Shown here: positions 13,970 to 26,314 of the stretch, one piece after another
How the letters are laid out: each line of letters starts with the position of its first letter
Position numbering within the stretch: the stretch's first letter is position 1
Origin: Octopus bimaculoides
Taxonomy: Eukaryota
NCBI RefSeq assembly: GCF_001194135.2
Contig: NC_068981.1
Location: forward strand, 104,599,087-104,663,086
Direction: 5' to 3'
DNA length: 64,000 nucleotides
The notes under the pieces: model-generated
Databases searched by the model: none
Told to the model about the DNA's origin: nothing
The model's input: the letters and a program-made list of their open reading frames with translations, nothing else
Translations under genes and position numbers: made by a program

Positions 13970-14186
13970 GTGTGTGTGTGTGTGTGTGTATCTGTGTTTA
14001 TGTCTGTCTGCCCACCTCTTGATAACTGGTATTGGTTTGTTTATGCACCTAATAACTTAGCAGTTTAACAAAAGCGACCAATAGAATAAGTACCAAACTG
14101 TAAAAATAGTTACTGGAGGTGAAGTTGTTCAATTAAACAGTGTCCAGCATGACTGCATTCCAGTGACAGAAACAGGGGACAAAAGA
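13675..14186 (+). mobile_element. SINE family A with (TA)n and 10-N gap
   Basis: Head, CORE-like segment and tail all present. Confidence 0.85.
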
Positions 14187-14609
14187 TGGCTCTGAGAGAC
14201 ATCAATAACGATATTGGAATGTAATGCAACCAGGGGATGCTTGTTAAGTGAGGTGTTGACAGTGTGATCTAAAAGTCGTAGTAAAGTTATACTGGTCTGG
14301 GTAAAAATGGGGTACAGTCAAGACAAATGAAGATATTTTGTGTTACAGACTTATTTAATCTAGGTAAGTAGAAGGTGGGGAAAAAAACTAATAACTCATG
14401 TAATGAGGTTTTTGTCTACTGTTTTCTATGAATTGTGTAAAGTTCCCAAAGTTTAAAAGTTTAGTCAGTTAACGATTTGCTTTTACCAATTTAAAATACT
14501 AGAAACCCACAACTTTTAACTCTTTGGATTAGTTCAACTTTTTCTTGTCTTTAACAGCTAGTGGCTCTAACAATTGTTACTGTAGATGATTATTTTGATT
14601 GTATATCAT

Positions 14610-14979
14610 CTTTTGTCTTTTACCTGTTTCAGTTACTTGACTGGCCATGCCGGTACACCACCCTAAACGGTTTTCTTTAGTTGAACAAATTAGTCTCAGG
14701 ACTTATTATTTTTTAAAGCCTAGTACTTATTCTACCATCTCCTTTGTTGAACCACTAAGTTACAGGAATGTAAACACACCAACACTGGTTGTCAAGCAGT
14801 GATGGGGGACAAACAAGATACAAAGACACACACACACACACATACATATTTCAGTTTCTGTCTACAAAATCTATTCATAAGACTTTGATCAGCCTGTGGC
14901 TATAGTATAAGACACTTGCCCAACCCAGAACCATGTGGTTGGGAAGCAAGCTTCTTTCCATACAGCCATGTCTGCACCT
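14610..14979 (-). mobile_element. SINE family A
   Basis: Reverse-oriented tail through head (catacagccatgtctgcacct). Confidence 0.85.
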
Positions 14980-15400
14980 CTCATATTGATAATTTAAAGA
15001 GAAACTATACAGGACATTTGGAAGAGAATTATATAGCCAATTATTTCCAGTAGTTTCACTTGAAAATAATTATTATTGGTGCATGTTACTTTTATTTACA
15101 TTAGTGTCTGATTCTTTTATAATATATAATTTATGGATCTGATGAAGACTTTTTGATAGGAAATTGATCTTAATAAGTCACATTATATGAAGTTTTTTTT
15201 TTAATTCTTTATCTGGAATGCTCAATTCAGAAAAAAATCATTCTCATTCATTTGTAACAGAATTTTTTTTAATGGAAGAATATCCACATATTTAACTGGA
15301 GTATTGATGTAGTCTAATAGGCTAAAATGTCATGAATGTAAAGCAGAAAATCTTGTACTAACAGTGGTACGCTATAATGAGTGTCTTCTTTATGTTATAG

Positions 15401-15542
15401 TGTAAAGAAGCTACATTTAATAATGACACGTTCATGACTGTGATAAAGACGACAGATTCCATTGAGGAACTAGAAGCTGTGAAAGAGATGGTTAACCATG
15501 ACATTGCACGATGGCGAAGCAAAGATACAGGAGGCTCAAATG
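15401..15542 (+). CDS. SNX13: SNX13 exon (PXA-RGS linker)
   Basis: ttatag|...|gtaatt; phase 0->1; CKEATFNNDTFMTVIKTTDSIEELEAVKEMVNHDIARWRSKDTGGSN. Confidence 0.92.
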
Positions 15543-15999
15543 GTAATTTAATGTTTTGCTTTTATTCCTGAATTTTTTTTTTTATAAATGTAGAATTCTT
15601 TTGTTCCAAACTAAATATTTTAAGGCATGTCTGCTTTGTTCATAAAGCAGTTAATATCATATTGCTTAAAGAAAACTGATGCAGTCTACAATGGACTTAA
15701 ATAAAGGTAGACTTAAAAAATGTTTTGATTTTAATTATGACTGTGGAATAGTAGTCGGTTAGTATGATTTTTAAGTTTCAATTCTGCATTCATCTTTAGA
15801 ATATCTTTCCCACTCTTCTAAGTTTTGGTTAGTTTGCCTTTAGTTTTCTTATTTTTAAATTCATTATAAGCTGGTGTGCTAAGGTATCTAGAATGACCCC
15901 ATTGATAATACAGCTCATCTCTACTTGTATACATGATTATTAACCACTAAGTTGTCTGTTTCTATAAAGTTTTATAGTTACATCTATCATAATTGTGGC

Positions 16000-16183
16000 C
16001 AGTGCCAGTGACACGTAAAAGGCACCCAGTACATTCTGGAGTGGTTGGCATTAGGAAGGGCATCCAGCCATAGAAACCAAGCCAAAACAAACGGGAACCT
16101 AGTGTAGCTCTCTGGCTTACTAACTATAGTCAAACCATCTTACCCATGCTAGCATGGAAAACAGGTGCTAAACGATGATGATG
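16000..16183 (+). mobile_element. Family C repeat
   Basis: ggcattaggaagggcatccagccatagaaacc...cccatgctagcatggaaaacaggtgctaaacgatgatgatg. Confidence 0.8.
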
Positions 16184-16979
16184 GTGTATCTAATACCTTA
16201 TTCAAATAAACCTTAAGACACATTATCAATTGCATCTATTTTTATCTAACACTTAAAACTACTTTAATTAATCACAATTCCTGCAATTACAAGCAGAATA
16301 TTGAAAACCTTTTCTTCTAAATACAATGTTGTTCATTAATCATAACAATGAATTGATCATGTTTCAAAAAAGTTCAAAACAAGTGTGTGTCAAGTAGCTT
16401 CATTACATCTTTATTAATTCCACACTAACATTGTAGATGAGTGTACTGATTTGATGAGTATCATTTTATTGGTCTTTTGCCATCTCTCCTTTGATTTTCA
16501 CATAGATAACCATGTGTAAAATGATGATACAGACTTCAACATAAATTGGATTAATATCCTACAGTATTCTATTGTACCTTTTTATTTGATCAATTAATTT
16601 TTTTTTTCTGAAGTGATACAGAAATGATAATTAATAAATATCTTTAGAAATTCATTGCTCTAAACAGTTTGCGGAAATTTGAAGGTATAAATACTCTAAT
16701 GGTTATCAAAAATCAAAGTTATGAATTTCTTTTCATGCTAATTTCTAATCTGTTTTTGTCCAAGCTCTACTACATTATTTCTTTTTCATTGAATGCTCTT
16801 AAACTACTACACAACTAAAATTATGTTACTAAGATTAATTAAAAAAGAAAACCCAAACAAATTCATTATAGTCCTGCTTTTGTTTCCTTTCTTTCTTTTA
16901 AATGTATCCTCATGTATGAACATATATATATATTTCCATGAAGGAAAAGTTCCAAATGCAAATTAAATTTACTTTGTAG

Positions 16980-17089
16980 ATACTGTGATAAAACAAAATC
17001 TAAATAGTTTACGATTTGTTCAGAGCATGTGTGATACTAGAATGAATTGTCTTTTGGCTGGCCAGACAGACTCTGATCTTCAGTGTGAG
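16980..17089 (+). CDS. SNX13: SNX13 exon
   Basis: ttgtag|...|gtaagc; phase 1->0; DTVIKQNLNSLRFVQSMCDTRMNCLLAGQTDSDLQCE (human TIKNQINSLLFVKKVCDSRI). Confidence 0.92.
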
Positions 17090-18361
17090 GTAAGCTGAAT
17101 TATTTTTGGTTTTATTCATTAAAAGTGTTTGTCAAATTTTTGCCTGTGTTGTTAATTTTAGCATTTTTAGTATCTCAGTTCAGTGAATGCCATTTTAAAA
17201 TTGTTTTTATATCCAATATGAATGGCTGACATGCTTAGTGATGGTCCTCATCCTGTTAAAATATTCTAACTTAATGCATACACATCAGCAGAATTTTATT
17301 GCTTCCCTTCAGACTGGCTATGTTCTTTAGAGACGTAGTTCTTTCAACATAAATTATCTACATTTTGTGTGTGAAATATATATACTTTCAGTGTTTGCAT
17401 GTGTATGTACGTGGGTAGCTATTTACAATGCATGTGCTTTACATTCTCCTTTAGTTTATTTCTTGACCCAAACATGTATAGTCTATATGATTTATATGTA
17501 GTCCAGCACTTTGTTATATTCTTGGTAAAAATATTTTAAGCTCTCTTCTGTAACTAGATATCTCAGGGAAGTAACTCTTACTATTGTTTGCTTGTGTTCT
17601 TTCACTCTTTGAGCGACCTTGTAAGCGGGTATTTAGCTTCAGATTCATGTATGAAAAATATATCTCCTTCCCTGAATAAGATGCTAGTGTGTCACAAGTA
17701 ACAATCCCAATTGGCTTTTGGTATTTATTGTCAACAGTTAGATGAACTGAGGTACTTTAAAATAAAGTGTACTGCTCAGGGACTCAATGAAACTACAGCA
17801 GTAAATTTGTCACCAACGAATTATTGGTAGTCCATTTCCTTCGACCAACAGTGGCTTTAAATTTTCCCATAACCACAACCTCTGCTGAACTGATGTTTCT
17901 ATCTTGAGAAAAAATATGTCCTTGAACTTTTTGATGTTGCAAAAGTTGTGAATAAAACTTCTCATTATTATTTGTGTATCATAACTAACTTACCTACAAC
18001 ATTGAAAGGCTTAATATGTTGTGGCTTTTGTCTGAGAGAAAATCTCAACATTGGCATGTTATGTTAAAAACACAATATATGACAGACTGAGATGAACTCA
18101 TGAGAATGTCAGATGCGTTTCAATGCTTTGGGGCCTTACCAGTAATGTGTACCTGCTTGTCACTTGCCTAAATGAAATTTGTCCCTCGCCAAAAGACATC
18201 TGACATCCTTGTGATTCTCTGCTAGGACAATGCTCCCCTCATTCCAATATATATTGTGATTTTAACACAACGCATCTGCGAAGAAATTTTCTGTCGGACA
18301 AAAACCACACCACATTGGTTTTTTATGGTTGGTGTGTGTGTGTGTGTGTGTGTATGATATG

Positions 18362-20065
18362 TAGTTGACAGGGCCATTAGGGACAAGAAACAGGCCTGGA
18401 AGGACTGGAAGCATGGTGGTAGCAGGGAATTGTATCAGATAGCCAGAAGGAAAGCTAGAAGGCAGGTTTACTTAGCCAGAGGGGAAGCAGAAAAGGGATA
18501 TGCCAACGTTCTGCACTGTGAGGACCAAAGACTTGAGGTATTTCGTGTTGAAAGACAGTGTGTGAGAGAAAACTGTGATGTCATAGGAGAGAAATGTGTC
18601 ATTATGGATGATGGCTCACTTCCAGTTAATGATGCTGCAAAGAAAGAGACATGGAGATGCCACTATGAAAGGTTGCTAAATGAAGAGAATGAATGGGAAA
18701 AAGAGAGCCTTCCAAATGTTGACCCAACTGAAGGACCAGCTATCCGAATTGGCAGTACCTTGGTAGATAAAGCAATTAAAGGTATGAAGACAAGGAAAGC
18801 CCCCGGCCCATCAGGAATCACTGCTGAGATGCTTAAACTACCTGACAGTGTAGGCTATGGTCTAGTCACCCATATCATTAACCGGGTGATACACGAAGGA
18901 GTCGTACCCAATGACTGGTGTAGTAGCACCATAGTCAACTGCTACAAAGGAAAAGGTGACACCTTAGATAGAAATAATTACGACGGTATCAAACTGTTGG
19001 ATCAAGTGATGAAAGTTGTGGAGGGGGTCATAGCCCAACTAATTAGGGAGCGAGTTAGTTTAGATGAGATGCAGTTTGGGTTTGTACCATGGAGAAGCAC
19101 CACTGATGCTATATATCTGGTAAGACAGCTGCAGGAGAAATACCTAGCCACAGATAAACCTCTGTACCTGGCTTTTGTTGACATGGAGAAAGCCTTTGAC
19201 AGAGCCCCCTAATCCCTTATCTGGTGGTCAGTACAGAAATTAGAGATAGATGAGTGGTTGGTGAGAGCTGTAAAAGTCATGTACAGAGATGCTGTTAGTA
19301 AGGTGAAGGTTGGCAATGATATAGCGAAGAATTCCAGGTACAAGTAGGGGTTCACTAAGGGTCAGTCCTCGGCTCCCTCTTGTTCATCATAGTCCTCCAT
19401 GCAATAACAGAGGAATTCAAGACAGGCTGTCCCTGGGAGCTTCTCTATGCCGATGACCTTGTTCTAATAGCTGAATCACTACCAGAGCTAGAGAAGAAGT
19501 TTCAGGTGTGGAAGCAAGGTCTAGAATCAAAGGGCCTTAGAATTAACCAAGCAAAAACCCAAGTCTTAGTAAGTAGGAAGGCTGACAAATCACAAATCCG
19601 TTCAGGTAGATGGCCCTGCTTGATCTGTAGAAAAGACATAGGTAGAAACTCCATAAGATGTACCCAGTGTAAGCTATGGAAACATAAGAGGTGCAGCAAT
19701 ATCAGAGGAAGGTTAACAGGGAAGATAGTTTTTGTGTGTGGAAGGTATCACAGATACAATAAACACTAAAAACGTACAGAAAATAGATTCCATCACATGC
19801 TGATAGCTTCCATTACCTAGGTGACCTAGTCAGTAGCAGGGGTGGATGCTCTGAGAGCATAGCTGCTAGAATAAAGATAGGCTGGGCAAAGTTCAGAGAG
19901 CTCCTGCCTCTGTTGGTAACAAAGGGCCTCTCGCTCAGAGTAAAAGACAGACTCTGTGATGCCTGTATATGAACAGCCATGCTACATGGTAGTGAAACAT
20001 ATGCTTTGCTGAATGTGTAATGTCAGCGTGCATGCACAACAAAGTGTAAGGAAAGTTGGACCTAA
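18362..20065 (+). mobile_element. RTE-clade LINE, 5'-truncated, RT region with stops and frameshifts
   Basis: ORF 18430-19212 (KAPGPSG, QFGF, LAFVDMEKAFDR); ORF 19380-19769 (LLYADDLVL, then Cys-rich finger). Confidence 0.95.
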
Positions 20066-20168
20066 GAAGCACCACTCCCTTTCAGTCATGGCTATTACTC
20101 TCACTACTTCTCCTTCACTTAATTACTATTTTCTCTCCTCTCCCTTCACCCCTACTGTATGATTTTGG

Positions 20169-20169
<1 letters not shown>

Positions 20170-20250
<81 letters not shown>
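20170..20250. repeat. (TA)n(CA)n microsatellite
   Basis: Directly visible. Confidence 0.95.
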
Positions 20251-20251
<1 letters not shown>

Positions 20252-20372
20252 TATATAAAAATACTACGCTCATTATCATATTAGGAGATATATTATATGT
20301 GATAATATATTATGTAATTATTTATCGATGACTTTATATTAACAGTGTGCTTATTTTTCAAATTATATTTAG

Positions 20373-20460
20373 GAACCAGAATTCTGTAAAGCTCAGAATT
20401 TATTTGTTTTAACTCTAGAAGATATTTTAAACAACAATATTGCACTTTCTGTTTTTATTG
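20373..20460 (+). CDS. SNX13: SNX13 exon (RGS start)
   Basis: atttag|...|gtaagt; phase 0->1; EPEFCKAQNLFVLTLEDILNNNIALSVFI. Confidence 0.92.
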
Positions 20461-20697
20461 GTAAGTTATATTTTAAACAAATCTTTCTTTCTGAATTTTG
20501 ACATAACTTCAATTTAAAGCTTAGTGTGTATTGTTGTTAGTGTTGACATTTACAAGTTATTTTTCCCAAAAGAATTAATAGGATGATTACTACTACTAAT
20601 TCGTTTGGAAAAAATAACTTGAAACACCTATTAATGCCATTCTCCATGCATTCTGCTTAAGTAATTATTATTGTTGTTATGTTTTCTTTTTCTTCAG

Positions 20698-20753
20698 AAT
20701 ATATGACAAGTATTGGAGGAGAGCAGTATCTATTTTTTTATCTAAACGTTGAG
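20698..20753 (+). CDS. SNX13: SNX13 exon (RGS)
   Basis: cttcag|...|gtgagt; phase 1->0; EYMTSIGGEQYLFFYLNVE. Confidence 0.92.
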
Positions 20754-20888
20754 GTGAGTATAATCGCACATTTTTCTTTATTCACTCATATTATTTTGTG
20801 TTTTGAAAATTTTTATGCATTTCAGGTTTTCTTTACATGCCTATTGACATTCTAGTGATGGACACTCATTGTAGCTGCTTTATTTCAG

Positions 20889-21023
20889 GGTTTCCGAGCA
20901 GCAGCTGAAGAACAAATCTCTGCCGCTCATGAACAGAAATTAACAGAAGGAGCTAATGAGCCTGATTTAGAGTCATTACGTAGAGCAGCTATGATTATTT
21001 ATGAGCAGTATTTGTCTGAAAAA
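20889..21023 (+). CDS. SNX13: SNX13 exon (RGS)
   Basis: tttcag|...|gtaaga; phase 0->0; GFRAAAEEQISAAHEQKLTEGANEPDLESLRRAAMIIYEQYLSEK (conserved IYEQYLSEK). Confidence 0.95.
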
Positions 21024-21114
21024 GTAAGATTAAAAGTTTGTTTTTATATTTATATACTTCTGCTGTTCATCAATTAACATTATCAGAAAAGTGTTACCTA
21101 GAAATCGCCAATAG

Positions 21115-21337
21115 GTTTAATCCTTTCTACTATAGGCACAAGGCCTGAAATTTGGTGGGAGTGGGGCAGTCAATTAGATTGACCCCAGTATGCAACTGCT
21201 ACTTAATTTATCAACCCCGAAAGGATGAAAGGCAAAGTCGACCTCTGCGGAATTTGAACTCAGAATGTAAGGACAGACGAAATGCCACTAAAAATTTTGC
21301 TCAGCATGCTACCAATTCTGCCAGCTCACCACCTTTC

Positions 21338-21374
<37 letters not shown>

Positions 21375-21790
21375 TATCCTTTTTACTAAAGGCACAGGGC
21401 CTGAAATTTTGGGGGAGGGGACTAATCGATTACATCAACCCCAGGTTTCACTGGTACTTAATTTATCGACCTCCAAAAGGATGAAAGACAAAGTTGATGT
21501 CAGTGGAATTTGAACTCAGAACTTGAAGATGAATGTCAAATGAATAATAATAATAATAATCCTTTCGGCTATAGGTAGAAGGTCTGAATTTTTGTTGGGG
21601 AGTGGGCCTGTTGATTAGATTGACCTGAGTGCTCATCTGGTACTTGTTTAATTGACCTCAAAAGGATGAAAGACAAAGTTGTTCTTTGTGGTATCAGAAC
21701 TTAGAATGTCAACCTGGAAGAAATGCCACTAAGTATTTTGTCCATTGTGCTAACAATCCTGCCAGCTTACCACTTTACAATGATTAATAA
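21115..21790 (-). mobile_element. Three tandem SINE B copies separated by (AAT)n
   Basis: Repeated ccttt..ctata/aaggc...aaggatgaaa...gaactcagaa units with aat tracts between. Confidence 0.85.
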
Positions 21791-21809
21791 TAATGAGGAT
21801 AATTTCTAA

Positions 21810-21990
21810 CATAGGTGCAGGCATGGCTGTGTTGTAAGAAGCTTGCTTCTCAATCACATGGTTCTGGGTTCAGTTCCACTGCATGACACCTTGGGCAAGT
21901 GTCTTCTACTTTATCCTTGGGCTGATAGAAGCCTTGTGAGTGGATTTGGTAGATGGAAACTGAAAGAAGCCTGTTGTGTGTGTGTGTGTC
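21810..21990 (+). mobile_element. SINE family A, 5' half
   Basis: ggtgcaggcatggctgtg...ccttgggcaagtgtctt...gaaactgaaagaagcc. Confidence 0.85.
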
Positions 21991-22424
21991 TTGGTGCCTA
22001 TGTTTAATTCATCCTATATCTCAGAAAGATGAAAAGCTATATCATAATAATAGTAATAATAGTAAAATGAGTGAAGTCAGTAGACATTAAAAGATATAGG
22101 CCTCAAGTCTTATCACTTTTTGTCTTTTAGATAACATTTTGAGCATTGTGCTGAGTGCATTAATTACTAAAGAAGCAATCTTCTTACTTGTGTTTCCACT
22201 ATCTCTTCATGTTTTTCACTAACACTTGATAACACAAAGGCATGTTTTTTTTTCTGTAAAAGAATGCATTGCATTGTTTGTCAAGTTTGTGAATTTGAAG
22301 TATCAGAATAATGATATGAGCACAAACCAAAGGCTGTCATGATGAATAATAATAACAGGATTTTAAGGGATTTCTCTTTTAATACTGATAGTATTATCGA
22401 AGCATGGACACCAAATGAAAGTAA

Positions 22425-22805
22425 AATGACATGACCGTGTGGTAAGAAGCTTGCTTCCCAACCACATGATTCCAGGGTCAGTCCCACTGCATGTGTGTTC
22501 TACTACAGCCTTGTGCTGACCAAAGCCTTGTGAGTGAATTTGGTAGACGGAAACTGAAAGAAGCTTGTTGTGTGTGTGTGTTGATGGCTTTGTGATTGTG
22601 GTTGTCCCCCCACCACAGCTACACAACCAATGTTGGTGTGGTTATGTCCCCATAACATAGCAATTCAGCAATAGAGATTAATGGAATAAATGCCAGGCTT
22701 AACAAAAAATAAGTACTGGGATTGATTCATTTGACTAAAAGTTCTTCAAGGTGATGCTCCAGTATGGCTGCGGTCTAATAACTGAAACAAATGAAAGTTA
22801 AAAGA
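22425..22805 (+). mobile_element. SINE family A
   Basis: Head through tail actgaaacaaatgaaagttaaaaga. Confidence 0.85.
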
Positions 22806-22809
22806 TTGG

Positions 22810-23060
22810 ATGATCTGTGAATTTGTGATCCTAAAAATGATAGTTGAGTGGATATCAAGGAAGATGAGAAAATCAAGAAATATCAGGATCCAAAGAGAGA
22901 TGAAGAAATTATGGAAATTCTTTCTGTGATAATTGGTGGACTTGGCACAACGCCCAAACTACTATTGAAGTGGCTGAACGATTCTGGAACTGAGACAAAT
23001 ATTGTGGACTTTGCCATCCTGTATTCTGCAAAAGTCTCAAATATTCTTGAGATTTGAGGA
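22810..23060 (+). mobile_element. Old R4/Dong-type RLE endonuclease C-terminal fragment
   Basis: KEDEKIKKYQD...VIIGGLGTTPKLL matches the EKxxKY...IVGALG pattern of the 23687 copy. Confidence 0.65.
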
Positions 23061-23454
23061 GACTAGTTGACACCAAAACCTCAAGATATCATTTCAGTTA
23101 GTTAAATCAGCATTTAATAGCTTTTATTATAATATTAATAATGATGTTGAAATATGATTATAGTAATAATTTATAACTTTGGAATAAAGCTCTAAGATTT
23201 GTGAAGTGGAAAAAGAGTCAATTAAGTTAGCTTCAGAACTTGTGGTACTTATTTTAATGGCACTTATTGGTACTTATTTTAATTAGTACTTATTTTAATT
23301 AGTACTTATTTTAATGACTCTTAGAAAAATGAAAGACAAGTGTCCCTGATAGTATTTGAATTTAAAACATAATGGCTCTTAAGCATAAGCAAAAAAGGCA
23401 TTTAATCTAAATTTTATACTGCTTCTACCATTCTATCTCTCTAACAACAACAAC

Positions 23455-23670
23455 AACCCTTTCTACTATAGGTACAAAGCCTGAAATTTTGAGGGAGGGG
23501 TTAAGTCAATTACATTGATCCCAGTACTCAACTGGTACCTAATTTATTGACACTGAAAGGATGAAAGGCAAAGTCGATGTCAGTGGAATTTGAACTCAGA
23601 ACGTAAAGACGGATGAAATGCTGCAAAGCATTTTGCCTGGCATGCTAACAATTCTGCCAGCTTGAGACTT
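23455..23670 (-). mobile_element. SINE family B
   Basis: ccctttctactataggtacaaagcctgaaatttt...ggatgaaaggcaaagtcga...attctgccagct. Confidence 0.85.
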
Positions 23671-23686
23671 TAATAATAATAATAAT

Positions 23687-24116
23687 AGAGAAATTAAGGC
23701 AAATAGACCAGATATAGTTGTCAAAGATCATGAAGAAAAAAAATGCTTTCTAATTGATGTATCAATACCAGCAGATGACAACGTTTCTCTAAAAGAAATG
23801 GAAACACTTTCAAAATACAAAGACCTGGAAATAGAGATAACTCGAATGTGGAATCTAAAAACAGAAACAATTCCTATCATAGTAGGTGCCTTAGGTATAA
23901 TAAAAAAATATTCAGACAAATACATAACAAAAATACCAGGACTTACAAATATATATAACATACAGAAAATTGCACTACTGGGTACTGCACACATTCTACG
24001 CAAAACACTTTCAATACAGTAAACATAAGAGCACCACAGCAAACCACAGCACATACCCAAGGCGCACAGAGCTGCGCTCGGTAGTGAAGTGAAAGCACGT
24101 TATAAAAATAAAACTA

Positions 24117-24120
<4 letters not shown>
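23687..24120 (+). mobile_element. R4/Dong-type non-LTR retrotransposon 3' end (RLE domain + 3'UTR) in (TAA)n
   Basis: Open frame 23687-24022 RPDIVVKDHEEKKCFLIDVSIPADD...SKYKDLEIEITRMW...IVGALG...ALLGTAHILRK; (AAT)n on both sides. Confidence 0.9.
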
Positions 24121-24154
<34 letters not shown>

Positions 24155-24284
24155 TAACAACAATAGTAATGTTTTCAAGTTTTGGCACAAGGTCAGCAAT
24201 TTCGGGGAAGGGATAGGTCAATTAGATCAATCCCAATGCTCAACTGGTACTTATTTTATCAACATAATAATAGACGTAATGGAG

Positions 24285-24835
24285 GAAGAGGAATTATGCA
24301 GATAAAACTGTGCTGCAAGACCTCCACAATAGCAATGAACAAGTACTTATCTAGTACAGAGGACTGGATGCTGCAGCTTGTGTGCAAACACAAAAGCAGC
24401 AAAAAAGTACATTCTATTGTCAAGGGAGCTTGCAAATTTGCAAGGGAGCTTGGCATCAACCCTGAATTAGATGAAGAACCTGAAACCACTGCCATGGAAA
24501 AGCAAAACGGATCAAACAGACTGCAAAAAAGAATGGGCAGAAACAAATTGAGGAGTGGTGGAACCAGAAGCCTCTGCATAGACAGTATATACTCTAAAGT
24601 CGAAATGCTGATGTAGATCAAGCAACAATCCATCAGTGGCTGAGAAGCTCAGAACTTAAAGCAGAGACTGAAGGTTTCATATTGGTGGCACAAAATCAAA
24701 GCTTGCCTACCAAAAACTACCTAGCTAATATTTTTCAAAATGGTTCTGACTCTAAATGCAGATTATACAATAAATTTGATGAACCAACAGACCATCTCAT
24801 CTCGAGATGTCCTGTGTTGACACTAAACGAATAAG
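24285..24835 (+). mobile_element. R4/Dong-type fragment (RT thumb to zinc knuckle), decayed
   Basis: RRNGGRGIMQ...; HQWLRSSELKAETEGFILVAQNQSL...KCRL...TDHLISRCP. Confidence 0.8.
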
Positions 24836-25046
24836 GTTGTGCTGACAAGTACTGCCCATTTCCTTAGAAAAACCCTATCAATTTAAATGTACATGCTGTA
24901 TTACATGAAGATATTTTGCAACTGCCCCCTGCCACTTACCCTCCTCAAGCTTTCAGTTATACTGTAACATCTCTTATCCTTCACTCACCCTAGGGTGGTG
25001 GGTGTGTCTCGATGAATAATTGTAATAAACATGCAGATTAAAAGTA

Positions 25047-25077
<31 letters not shown>

Positions 25078-25090
25078 TTATTCCTTTCAG

Positions 25091-25195
25091 TCAACATCCA
25101 AAATTAAAGTTGATCCTGAGATATGCAAACGAACATTGATAAATATCAAAAGCAAAATGCTGACTGAAGATGCTTTTGATGAAGTCCAAAGCAAG
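25091..25195 (+). CDS. SNX13: SNX13 exon (RGS)
   Basis: tttcag|...|gtaaaa; phase 0->0; STSKIKVDPEICKRTLINIKSKMLTEDAFDEVQSK. Confidence 0.88.
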
Positions 25196-25949
25196 GTAAA
25201 ATGATTCCATTTTCATTCAGTAATTTTTACTTCCTCACACCCTCATTATTGTTTACACCATGAAAATCCTTTTAGTCGAACAAGATAGTCAATTCTGCAG
25301 GTGACAACATGCGATGGACAAATAATAAACTAGACACTACATACAATTTATGATCAAAACAAGACTACAGGTCTTCTGGCAAAATTGACTGAAACAATTT
25401 GAGTATCTGGTGTGATTTTTCCCTTGTCCAATTCAGACATGCTAGAAATAACAACTGAATTTTCTTTGGATCATACTCTTTTATTCTTAAAATGGAAGGA
25501 AATGTCTGTCAAACTTGATATGGTCCTGGATACATTATGTCTTAAATATAGACAAATTGGTTATGGGTGGAACAGCTTTGATCTCCACAATCAGGGCTGA
25601 CTTATGACTAAACAACAATAACTGTACTCTTTTTTTTTTTTTTTGCCACACATTAAGGATCTTTATATATTCACAGTATTTATTAACATGAGATTAACTG
25701 TTTCAATGAGAATAAATTGAATTTAGCTTTGGTGATACTGCATTTCTGATGAGAGGATACAAATTTAGAATTTTATGAGAACACTTAGGTAGCAAAAGAT
25801 AGGAGAGAAGGGAAATAAGAAAGAGAAAGCAAGAAATGGAGGGAGGAAGCAATGGACCACACACCCCAGAATAAATGATGTACTCAGCTGTGCCCTGTGG
25901 TAATAACCTTGATGGTATTGCAGCAGAGCATGGCGAATACATTATTTAT

Positions 25950-26128
25950 TGCATGCCGGTGGCACGTAAAAGCACCCACTACACTCTCGGAGTGGTTGGC
26001 ATTAGGAAGGGCATCCAGCTGTAGAAACTCTGCCAAATCAGATTGGAGCCTGGTGTAGCCATCTGGTTCACCAGTCCTCAGTCAAATCGTCCAACCCATG
26101 CTAGCATAGAAAGCGGACGTTAAATGAT
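25950..26128 (+). mobile_element. Family C repeat
   Basis: Nearly identical to 45-215. Confidence 0.9.
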
Positions 26129-26314
26129 GTACCAGTCATGTATTGAGGTTTATGGTATCAACTTCTGCCTCCCTTCATAATTGTTGACCTTGTACCTAAG
26201 TTACAAGCAATTATTATTTGGAGGGCAGTGCAATGGCAGTCCTTCTCTAATATTGCTGACCTTGTGACTCTGTCAGAAATTATTATCAAGATAATTATTA
26301 TTTTTATTATTAGA

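Noticed and set aside
14361-14369. TAG|GTAAGT possible recursive splice site (also 48384-48392)
   Set aside because: Introns are only 3-4 kb, pyrimidine tracts are weak, and the motif is expected by chance.
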